The notes beneath the pieces were generated by a model. It had not been told where the DNA came from and made no database searches. It was given only the letters and a program-made list of their open reading frames with translations. This document shows positions 1-11,637 of a stretch of 64,000 nt of DNA, piece after piece. The DNA lies in the NCBI GenBank assembly GCA_002245135.1, contig NGBS01000003.1, positions 186,001-250,000 on the forward strand. The letters are read 5' to 3'. Made by a program: the position numbers and the translations under genes. Each line of letters begins with the position of its first letter. Position 1 is the first letter of the stretch. This stretch comes from Proteromonas lacertae (Eukaryota).

Positions 1-193
1 ATTACAACAAAACAATATGTTCTTCAGTACTGAATTGAATGGAGCTATGTATTATTCTGCTAAAACTATTACTAATCAACCATTCGCTTTAGAAATTAGA
101 GTGAAAGGAAGTCAAGCTCAATGTATTATCAAGAGTGCTGCTATTAATCTTTCAAATATATTGAATGAAGAAGTTGAACAAATTTTAGGTTAA
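1..193 (+). CDS. 3' end of a probable beta-adaptin (AP-1/AP-2 beta appendage), partial
   Basis: Frame 2 reads LQQNNMFFSTELNGAMYYSAKTITNQPFALEIRVKGSQAQCIIKSAAINLSNILNEEVEQILG* (TAA 191-193), resembling the beta-adaptin appendage platform C-terminus. Confidence 0.5.
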   Translation, partial: LQQNNMFFSTELNGAMYYSAKTITNQPFALEIRVKGSQAQCIIKSAAINLSNILNEEVEQILG

Positions 194-348
194 GTTAAAT
201 AAATAAAGAATATATATATAAATATAACACACAGTTTCTTAATTATTTGAGAATCTATATGTTTTTTTATGGTTTGAATTAATCAATGAAAATACATAAT
301 CAATATTATTTAAATTATATTCATATATATTCTCATCAATTAACAATA

Positions 349-664
349 CTATGTGCCATCATCTTCTGGAGTTGCTAGAATTGTATTTAAAAAAGCAGGC
401 ATTGTGGATGGAACAGAAACAGCAAGCCCAATAAAAGCCATTTTCATAATCTAATATAAAATGAATATAATACACTCATTTCATTGGTTTTAATTGTTTT
501 GCATAGAGATCTAACCATTGCTCTTGGTCTTTCAGACATTTTCACTACAGTTTGATAAGATTTACTAGAAGTATCTAATTTATTAGATTATACCTTTCTT
601 TAAGTGTAACAACTCGTTTAACACATGTTTTAATAATAGGACTTCTACGAAAGAATCTATTCAT
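349..664 (-). CDS. small hypothetical protein (~87 aa, 2 introns) with a possible mitochondrial/MRO presequence
   Basis: Splicing two GT-AG introns gives MNRFFRRSPIIKTCVKRVVTLKESKSYQ...IMKMAFIGLAVSVPSTMPAFLNTILATPEDDGT*. The N-terminus is Arg/Lys-rich and acid-free. Confidence 0.5.
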
Positions 665-1032
665 CACAAAAAAAGCACTTAGAAATGACTAAAAATTATT
701 TATTCAATATAGTTTTAAATCATTTCTATTTAAAAAATATACTCTTTTGAAATCCATTTTGACATTTCTCTATTTTGTTATATGGTGAATAATGATGTTT
801 TTAATGATGTTATTTGTTATGTGTAAAACATTTTAAATTAATATAAAGTGATAAATTCAATAATTTTAAAAACTTGTTTAATACTTGATTAAGACGTAGT
901 TCTTTTGGTGTAAAGTGAATAACGAAATTTATAAACAATAACTCATCGTTGTTTACACGTTAGACATGGTTGTTTTTTAAGCTTGAGAAGGAGCTTGATA
1001 AAACAAATCTTTTGTTTTTTCTTTATTGAATA

Positions 1033-4000
1033 ATGTCTGAAACGCAAAGAGAATATTTGAAAGTTGGATTTATGGATAAGAGGGTATCTTTACGGTGTTA
1101 TGTTTAGGGTCATATAGTAAAAAACTGGAAGAGAAGATATTTTATCTTAACATCAAGTGAGCTATCCTATTTTACTGTATGCTTTTGTTTTTAGTAATGC
1201 ATAAATAATAGGATGAGAAGATGAAATCCAAGCAAAAGACCATTCCTCTCGATGTTATTGGTACAGTCAAACCAGGACGTGATGAGGATGATCATCGTAT
1301 ATAAATAAACTGAATCTAATCAATTAATAGCGAATATTATTAATGTAACAACAGACAGTGATGAATATTTATTTTCTTGTGAATCATCTCAAGAACGTGA
1401 ATCATGGATCAATTGTATACAAGCAGCAAGGTCTAGTAATCCATTAACAAGTACTTCAAAGATGGTATACGCCAGATATCATCAAGAAGAAACTCCAGAA
1501 GCAACAAATGCTTATTACAATCGATTAGTGTTGAATTTCTGTGAAGCAAAATCTGCTAGTGCATATTTAGATAGTTTACTCTGTTTAACAGCATTCTTTG
1601 CAAGAATATACTCCACTCATTCAAAAGTTGTAATTGATTATGAATCTGCTTCATTAAGATGTGACCATATATTAGAGACTGTTAAAAAGCAAAGGGAATA
1701 TGCACAAACACATGCAATGTGGAGTGATAAGATTGAAAATGTTTATTTTGATTTTATTGATGTTGTAACATCGTTACAAGATAAAATGTATTTTATATGT
1801 TTTAATATTTATTTATTCTTTTTCTATTAGTAAATATGCAATTCAGATGAGTCAAGCAATTGCTTCTGGTGCTGAAGAAGCTAAAATGTCACCTGATACA
1901 CCATCTAGTGAGAGTAAAGAAAGTAAAGATAATGATCCAAGTATACCCAAAACAGGATTCTTTAAACATTATGTATATATATTAATAATTATTATTGTGT
2001 ATAGAAATTAAAAGCTCAACTTGGATCTGGTGCTTATTCAGTAGTTCATGAAGCTATTAATCTTGTATATATATATATATATATATATTGATTGTTATTA
2101 TATATATAGGAAACTCGTGAAAGAGTAGCAGTTAAATGTATTAATAAATCACGTCTTAGTAAAAGTGACTTGGATGCATTACAAAATGAAGTTGGTATTA
2201 TGGCTAAATTAGACCATCCAAATATTGTGAAATTAATTGATTATTATGAAGAAGGAAATATGTATTATATTGTTACTGAATTAGCAGATGGTGGTGAATT
2301 GTTTGATAAAATCGTAGAAAAGAAATTCTACACTGAAGCAGAAGCTAGAGATGTTATTAGAACAATCACAGGAGCAATTTCTTACTGTCATGAAAGGAAT
2401 GTTGTTCATCGTGATTTAAAGCCAGAGAATATATTATTGTCTTCAACAGGTGTGATTAAATTAGCTGATTTTGGTTTTGCCAAGTCAATGGAAGAAACTG
2501 ATAGATTACATACTGATTGTGGTTCACCTTGGTATGTTGCTCCAGAAATATTAGAAAGTAAAGCTTATGGCAGTGAAGTGGATATGTGGAGTTTAGGAGT
2601 TATTATTTATATTATATTAAGTGGATTTCCACCTTTCCATGACAATAATCAAGCTAGATTGTTCCGTAAGATCAGATCTGGTCATTATACATTCTTATCT
2701 CCCTATTGGGATGGTATTAGTGAAGATGCTAAAGATTTGATTCAACATTTATTAGTAGTAGATCCAAGAATGAGATTTGATGCTAAACAAGTGTTAATTC
2801 ATAAATGGTTAACATCAACAGAAGTATATTTAACTTTATTATTTATAATTAATAGGTAAGTTCAACTACTCAACTAGCCAGTGCTCAAGAAGGATTAAGA
2901 GCCTTTATTGATACTCGAAGAAGACATGTATTAAGACAAGGTTACTTAATGAAACAAGGACATATTATAAAGAATTGGAAAAAGAGAAGTTTCGTTTTAA
3001 CAGCTCAAAGTTTATCGTATTATCCTGATGAAACATCTTCTGTACCAAAAGGATGTATTGATTTATCAGATATTACTAAAGTGATTGATTCTAGTAAATC
3101 CACCAATTTCTTAATCCAAACAAAATCAGGAAAATCATATGAAATTCAAGCAAAAGATGAAAAAGAAAAAGAGATTTGGAAATCAAGTTTACTCGCTGCT
3201 AGAAGATGTTGGTTATTAATTGACAGAGCAACAACTGCATTAGCTGAAGATAGAGTTTGTAATGCAATAGAAATGATCTCTGAAGCAAGAAGAGCAGAAG
3301 GAATGTTATTAAATGCGCATTTATTGAACTTATGGGGTGAAGCTGGATTAAAATGTGAAAAGAATAATTGTGCAGCTGCTTTTAACTTAAATACATATGT
3401 AGGTTCATTCTCCTTAGAAATCCATTGTATGACATTAGCTAGTCATGATAATATTAATTATATATTACTCGGATCATCCAAAGGTATTATTCAGATATTA
3501 AATATGGATGGTTTATCCACTGGACAATTATCTGTTGGAGAAGATACAACAATTACATCATTATCAATACAGCATAATACAGGATTATTATTATCAACCT
3601 GTTCTAATGGTAAAAGACAATTCTGGTCATTCCCAGGTAGAAAATTGATTAATGCTGAGTCTGCTCATAATTGCCCAATATTATGTTCAGATATTTCAAG
3701 AACTAGAACCATTGCTGTGATTGGTACATCTGATGGAACTATTAAAGAATATGATTTAAGTGAATTTACACTAGCGAGAGAAGCTGTTGGTCATTCTGGT
3801 AGAGTGTGTGATATTGCCTTTAATTATACATCGAAATATATCATATCAGCTGGTGAAAATAGTGAATTGTTAGTATGGGATGAAATGTCATTCAAACCAA
3901 TTGAAAGATTGAATGTATTTTTTATTTATATTATATTTTATATTATATATATAGGGTCATCAAGGTACAATTAATTCAATTTGTGTTAATTTCGATGATC

Positions 4001-4469
4001 AAATGATTAGTGGAGGTGATGATAAGAAAGCTATCTTATGGGATTTAAAACAATTGAAACAAATCAAAGTACTAGCTGATGATAAATCAACTGATCAAAT
4101 ATTAGATCATCAAAGCAGAATTATTAGCGTATCTTTGAGTCAAGATATTAAATGGGGTTTGACTGCTGATACTAATTCTAAAGTCATTTTATGGAATTTG
4201 AAGTATATATTATTATTATTTATTTATTTATTTAATATAGAACTGGCGTTCCTGAAGTATTATGTTCATTAGAAGAACGTATTGTGAATATAAAGTATTT
4301 GGCTGATAGTACTGGCTTCTTGTCATGTACTAATAAGAATGTAGAGAAATGGGTATTTGATTGGGTTTTGACTAGAGATGGAAGAGATTATCCTCCACCA
4401 GTTTGGATTTTACTCAATCAGAACAAATCTAAAAGAAATGTCAGTGATGAGAGAAAAGATGCAAAGTAA
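1033..4469 (+). CDS. multi-exon PH domain - CaMK-family Ser/Thr kinase - PH domain - WD40 repeat protein
   Basis: First PH: KVGFMDKR/GHIVKNWKRRYFIL. Kinase motifs GSGAYS, VAVK, HRDLKPEN, DFG, APE. Second PH: GYLMKQGHIIKNWKKRSFVL. WD40 repeats (GHSGRV...VWD). Joined by about 8 GTAT..AG introns. Confidence 0.88.
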
Positions 4470-4568
4470 ATAACCTCTTTTTATATAACTTATATTATGA
4501 TAAACTCGTTGAAATAAACAAAAAAAAACAATTAATTAAATATATCATAATTTAAATGCTTATATTCC

Positions 4569-5100
4569 TTACATAATAACACATCCACATCCTGTTTTAT
4601 AACTTCTAATGAATTCTAATTGTCTATCAGTCATTACTCTTGAATCACCTTCTTTACATACCATACTGAGTGCTTCAGCAGGGTCTACTTTACATATTTC
4701 TATTAATGCAATTACTGCCATCGTAGGAGCTCTTCCAATTCCAGCAATACAATGTATAACAAATACTGACTTTTTATCTCTCTGTTCGAGAATATCTATG
4801 AATTTATCTATTACTTCTGGTGGAGGTGGTTTTCCATCATCAAATTCAAGTCCCTATAATTAAAAATAACTTATAATTTATACATAACACTTGATATTAT
4901 TAGATGTAAAAAGCTTTTCATCATATGTTAATTCACACGTTCTGACTATGTCAGTAACACCTAATTTTTGATATTCTTTGAGATAATTCTCTTGTTGGTT
5001 TTCAGAAGGAGCCTATTCGATAATAAACTAGATATTATACTCCACTGATAATTAAGTGAAGGTCTTTAACGTTAATTTGTCTTATTTCACGAATTGACAT
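4569..5100 (-). CDS. PTP4A: PRL/PTP4A-type prenylated protein tyrosine phosphatase
   Basis: Spliced product contains GVTDIVRTCELTYD, FDDGKPPP, the P-loop HCIAGIGRAP and a C-terminal CaaX (CVIM). Two short introns. Not present in the ORF track. Confidence 0.9.
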
Positions 5101-5337
5101 TTTTCTTTATTCTTGTAGAAAGTGATTTTTCTTTTGATCGATTTTAGGAGAGAGGAAAGAGAACACCATGAATATCCCAGAAAGGATGTGCTGATATTTA
5201 TCTATAGTAAAAATAAATGAAATGCAAAAAAGCAATTCAAAATATTATCCGTTGCAAAGTGTTTTTTAAAATTTTCTAAAAAATGTAAACTAATCGGACA
5301 TTCTATTTTTCATTCATAAAAACAATACTTATTAACA

Positions 5338-8300
5338 TTATACATTATAATAATTAAGAATATCTCTTGATTCACTCAACTTTACAATATCACCAGTTAT
5401 ATTAACAGCAATATAACTTGATTCTTCATTCAAATCGTCACCACTATCTCCAATAACAATATTATAACATAAAACTGCATTTCCCTTCACTCCTCTAACA
5501 TAAGCTCTAACAATTCTATTCACTTGAGTGAAAAACGAATGATAAAAGTCAGAAGAATCAGAATCAAATGAACGAAGTAGTTTTGATTCTCTCACTAGAT
5601 GAAGATTCAAACATCCTATATAATCTTTGACAACTCTTCCAGATATATGATTGGAGGGAGATAAATATATTTCATCTTTTTCTTCTTCTATTAATCTAAC
5701 AAATTCAATAGGTAATGGTTTGGAATAAACTAAAAATATAAATAAATATAAAAATTGAAATATACATTCTTTTATTCTTTCGCTTTTATCTTCTGATGAT
5801 GAATCTACTAATTGATTGTATTCTTCTATATTATGACAATAATAATAATAATAATAATAATATACGAACTAATGAATGACATGGACAATAAGAAGATGTA
5901 CAAATACCAGTACAATATAAAAACACTACATCATCTTGAAGTAATCTAACATTGATATTAAATCCATTCACATAACTTGGTTCAGTCTAAATAAATGTAA
6001 ATTACAATAAATATACTTTTCTGGTTGTGAAATATACAGTATTAATTAATTCTTCAATTGCTTTTGACAATGACACTTTATCTATTTTGAAGCAATTACA
6101 TGAGAGAATGTATTTTACTGGTTTAGAAAGACATGAAATACCTACTGTCTTCTCTGTAGTTGTTATTGTACATTCTAATACTCAATAATATATATATATA
6201 TATACTCTTATTAATATTATCTTCTCTACATATTCTTTCATATTCATCTAAACTCAAAGGATCAACCATATTCAAACATCTTCTACCTTTACTAGAAGTT
6301 TCACTTTTTGATGGAATGAATCTTAATGGAGATAATACTTCAGATGAATCTGTTTTATTTTCTTCTCTAATATTAATAATATATATATATATCAATATAT
6401 ACAATAATTCACTCTTTTTTCTTTCAATTAATTCCTTTTCAATTGATGATATTTCATAAAAACAATTCTTTAAACCATATTTTGAATCAGTATCATAAAA
6501 ATCTGTAATTCTATTCAATAAATCTTTTAACTTTGAATCTTTTTCACTTTCATTTTCATTTTCATCACCAAATTGATCAATCTAAATTAAAAAATACTAA
6601 ACAGATAAAATACAAGGAATTCTAAAGCATCTTGAGGTTCTGGAAGTGGTAATAAATTCACTGCTGTTCCTGTTATTATACCAACGATATAATTATCGCC
6701 TAATTGAAAATCATATTTATATCTAAAAATAGCATTTTTCTTATAGAGTGATAATTTAAATAACAATTTATGATTTAATGATTTTTCCATTTTTATAATA
6801 AAACTACTCAACTTCCCTGCCAATACTTCTCTATCTTCAACATTCTCTGGTAATCGCAATATTTCACTCACAATAATAAAACAACTTTTGCCTTTCACTG
6901 GAGCATCTGGTGGTATTTCTAATGAACAAAACAATACTTCAGGTACAAATGCATTTGGTCTTTTGCAATATCTACATGGATATAAATTACCAACTTTAGG
7001 AAATGATTTTATATAAGCTTCAGGAAAATGATACTATTAAATAATAATAAATATATTAATTATACATGAACACAAGGTTGATATTCCAATTTTTCATCAG
7101 ATTCAACAATAGCAATAGAAGTTCCATCACATGATAATACACAAATATCTCCATTAATAGTTGCACTTTCATTATATCCAATTATATAATTACCATATAA
7201 ATGAACACTTGTTGATTGTAACTTTTGCCTTACTTCTCTCCACCATCCATCTCGAGTTTCTATATCTTCACTTTTTGTATATAATTTCTCCTAAAATAAA
7301 TAAATACAACATATTAATATACTAAATATTTAATAGATCTAGAACCAATTAATCCACAAATATAATATTCCTGGCCTTTATTAATCATAGGTGGATATAT
7401 TGTTGGTTTAAAATTCACATCATCTACTCGAATATTCACACCATGAGCTAACGGTGATCCTCTGCGCATTGCTTCTAGCGGTGGACTTTCTGATTCAGAA
7501 TCTATCGAACTTTTTACTTCTTCAACTCTCCAGACATTACCATATCCTCTTAATGTTAAACCACTATCTCCTTCTATATCAAATTCTTGTCTATAACCTA
7601 ATACTAAATTGCCTTTCATTTTATTGACTCTTAAAGACATTTTTAATTTTAATTCATGGCTAAATTATATTATATTTACTTATTTATAATTTATACGTTA
7701 ATCTCCACATTACTAATTGCCTTTTTTCATTTACAGATTTTCCTTTATTTCTTTCATATTCTGGATCTGTATCAACAACTAATTCTTCAATAAATTCATC
7801 CATATCTCTCAGTATATATCTATCAGTATCAAGATCTATTGTTGAAGAATAAAAAAATGCAACTGAATCATTCTATTTTAACAAAAATAATAAGAAATAG
7901 AAATACTTCAATTGGTTTTGATGGTTTATAGTTTACTTCTATCTCTATTTCTCCTCTTAAACCTTCAAAACTATCAAATATAGGATACCAACCTTTTATA
8001 TCATAATCTGAAGAACTTAGTACTAATGGAGGCTTGGAAGCTAATATTGACAAATCTAAATGAACAACTCCTATAGATTGTCCTGATATTCTATCCTCAT
8101 CGAACACTTTTATAATAAATATATCTTCTAAAAGTTCATTTACCGTGTGTGAACCATTATATACTTCAGAATCCCACTTTGGTGTTAAGGTATTCTTCAT
8201 TGTTTCTGTTTCATGTAAAACTTTATTATTTTTTAGAAATTGTGCATAACTAAATAATTTTACAATGAATATACCAATCTGTTGTGTTTCTTTTTCTATC

Positions 8301-8395
8301 CATAACAGGAAGATTTTTTGCTTGTATTATACGAACTGTTAACAAACCTACAACATTCTACGATATATTATTTAATGATATACTTCCTCTGACAT
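5338..8395 (-). CDS. C2CD5: C2 domain-containing protein 5 (C2CD5/KIAA0528-like), multi-exon
   Basis: N-terminal C2 domain LTVRIIQAKNLPVMDR...GWYPIFDSFEGLRGEI, followed by YbjQ-like segments (GNLVLGYRQEFDIEGDSG, C-terminal VKGNAVLCY...ITGD). Confidence 0.8.
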
Positions 8396-8506
8396 GATAA
8401 AAAAAGCAAATTAAAATATTGGTGTGTGAAAATTTTGGAAGTGCTTTATTTTAAAAACATTAAAAGTCAAACCTAATTTCATTTTTAAAGGAAATAAATA
8501 TTAAAA

Positions 8507-9622
8507 TTATTTACGTCTAGGTGATTTTGGTGGTTTGGGAGATTTAGGAGAATAAAGAGTAGAAATAGTCTTCCATCTTATTTCTTTACATTCTGGATCA
8601 GAAGTAAAATCAAATTGTTTTTCTTTGTGGATTTTAAATGATTTTGGATCTTTTATTTTCAATGCCTATACAGATTTATAAATAATTATAATAATACCCT
8701 AGGAGAAGGGCTTTTCCTTCGTGGAGATAATGATTTTATTGAACTTTGTTCTTTCTGCGTAGAAACAGTGGAAGTATTATTTGATTGGTTTAATGAGTGA
8801 GTTGTGCTTTTTGAAATTGTTGATTTTGGAAGATACACGTACTTTTTACCTGTTTTATCATTCTCTAGAGAAACGTTACTGAAAATATATTCTGAAACTT
8901 CATTCAAATAACTTTCACTCAATTCATTTTCTTCTTTTCCTTCTTCATCTTCTTCTTTATTCTGAGGAATATTATATTTCTGAAATTCCTTAATAATAAT
9001 AAATATAATACATAGTATATATAAATACATTTGGATTAATAACTAATTGATATAATAATAACTTATCTCTTCCTTTACAAGATATTGTTATTGTAAAATT
9101 ATTATTTTTATTATTATTATTATTACTTTCATCTATTGATGATGTTGAAGATTGATTCATTGTTTTGATTTGAATCAACACCTCTATATTTAAGTAAAGG
9201 CTTACTGACTTTTTTTTCTATTTTAATATAGATAATAATATAATAAATACATAATAAACATATTCTTTCACTGATATTTTATCCCACAAACCTTCTGACT
9301 TTAATTTTGAAATTCTACTATTTATTTCGTTATATTTTATTTCTAATGTATTTCTATATGTCTGTGTAGATGTTCCACGAGGACTTTGAGACTTAGAACT
9401 CAAAGTTTGGTTATAATCGTGTGGAGTAAGTTTTTGAACATATAATGGTTTTACAAAACGATTAGGTACATGATTTGGAGAAGTTGGATAATATGCAGGA
9501 GGTAAATCCAATGGAGATTGAGTAGATGCTACTCCATACTTCATTTTCTTTTGAAATTCTGAAAAATCTCTAACGCTATGTTCACTAAATCCTTCCAATT
9601 GTTTTTTCGGTGATTGTATCAT
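8507..9622 (-). CDS. hypothetical protein, Ser/Pro-rich, multi-exon
   Basis: The ORF pieces 9218-9664, 8990-9181 and 8686-9030 join through GT-AG introns and end ...SPKSPKPPKSPRRK*. Confidence 0.55.
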
Positions 9623-9726
9623 TATATCGATGAGATACAAAAGAAAACAGTTTTTTATTTCCAAACCATAATCAAGTTATTAGCAAACCAAATGCTTGAT
9701 TCACTTTAAATACATAAGAAAAAAAT

Positions 9727-11553
9727 ATGAATAAATTCACTCTATCAACTAAACATTTATCAGAACTTGACTTTAAAGCTAGAAGAAACAGCATGTTTTT
9801 ACTACATAATGAGTTAGTAGTGTTAGATAATAAATATTTACACAGCAGAATCAGGCTTGAATATGGATGTGAAGTAGATAATGGTAGTAAAGAGAAAATA
9901 GAGAATAGAGCTTCATGCCTACTTGAAAAGTATTTGGTTATGTTAATCTTGTAGAGAATATATAATCACTCATGGAGGTAAAAAGAAAGATGAAACTTCA
10001 AATAAATTAGAAATATATAAATATGACAATGAAAACCAATCATTACACAAATTATTCAAATGTAAGTATGATTTTAAACTCAGTGATCATATATGTAGTG
10101 AAATTGGGAAAAAGTATATTGTCTTTTATGGTGGAATTAATGAAAAAGATGAAATGAATGATGAATTGTTTTTTTTCAACAAAAAGGAATTGATAAGAAT
10201 GGCAGAAAGTAATCATAAAAAAAATAAATATGAAGCTGTTGAAGAAATAGCACTTGAAAAAGAATTTCTACCTCGTCCACTTCCAAGGTTGTACTCAACA
10301 TTAACATATCACAAAGATGAACATACTTGTATATTATATGGAGGAAAATACAACATTAGTGATGATGACGATGATAATGAAAGTAATTTAGTTTTAAATG
10401 ATCTTTGGGTATTATCTTTAGATGATAACAAGGATGCTTGTACTTACAGTTGGTATCAACCAACATTAATATGTGGTCATGTTCCATTTAGAGCTAATCA
10501 CAACTGCGTTGCTATTAAATCAAATACTTTTTTAGTTTTTGGTGGTGTTGATGAAAATGAGGAGATTATGAATGATTTTTTCATTATGGAAACTAAATTC
10601 GAAATGGATTATGATGATGAAATGAATTATAAATTTGAATTTATGTGGTCAAGTCCAATTATGAATTCATCTCCAATGCCCTTAAAAGATGCTTCAGTTT
10701 GTTATGATAAAAAGAATAAGAATATCTTTTTTGTATGTATTATTTATTCTCTTATAGTTCTTTTTTTAACTAAAATGTTTAAGTCTGTATATATTTGGCG
10801 GTAAGAATAATATGGGTAATAGTAAGGATTTATATGAAATTAAAATTGACAATGAAAATTTATTTGATAATAGTTACATTCAAGTTGATAATCACAAAGA
10901 ATTAAAGGATTATCTCAAAAAACTAGATTTAGAATTTTGTTTATCTTTATTTATTGATCAAAATATAACAGTTGAAGATATTTCACATTTTACTATTGAT
11001 GATTTTAGAACACACCATATTAATGAAACAATTGCATCTACATTATTAGGAAAGAAGATAATAAAATCATTTAAAGGAATAATAGATGGTGATGAAACAG
11101 ATGCTATACTTGTAATGATTAAAGAACATTATGATCCTAATAGAATTCAACTAGCCATTAATACTATTCATGAAGCGAATATGACAATTGATAAAGATTC
11201 ATTATATAGAGAATTGAATAATGATAATTTTTCTCATCCTCAAAAATGTATATATTTAAATTTTTGTAATATAAATAGTAAGAGAATTAAGAGCAGTGCT
11301 AGATGGATGTGATGATAAAAAAGATAGGGAAAGAGAAAAAGAAGAAATAAAAAGAAAAAATATTGAAGAAATGAATAGTAAGAAAGAAGCAGATTGTAAT
11401 ATTTGTTATGATAAACATGCAACTCATATGTATAGCGGTTGTGGACATTTATGTATATGTGAAGATTGTTCTGGGGATTATCAAAATAAATGTGTACAAT
11501 GTAATGCACCTGGAATACCAATTAAAGTAAATTTCCCAAATCCACCCAATTAA
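9727..11553 (+). CDS. Kelch-repeat - SAM-like - C-terminal RING finger protein (probable E3 ligase)
   Basis: Kelch GG motifs (THGG, FYGG, LYGG, VFGG, IFGG), SAM-like ELKDYLKKLDLEFCLSLFIDQNIT, RING CNICYD...CGHLCICEDC...CVQC. The model needs an AT-AA intron at 10722-10782. Confidence 0.8.
10722..10782 (+). other. putative U12-type intron, AT-AA ends, 61 nt
   Basis: Starts ATATCTTTT, has branch-like TTTTTTAAC and ends TTTAA. Removal gives KKNK-S-LYIFGG in frame with the downstream ORF. The GT/AG pairs I tested do not restore the frame. Confidence 0.75.
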
Positions 11554-11637
11554 CAATAAAAACAAAATATAAAATCAATTATCTAAACTACTTCATGTAT
11601 TATATTAAAAAAAAGACTGTTTCTTTTGTGTAGATAA

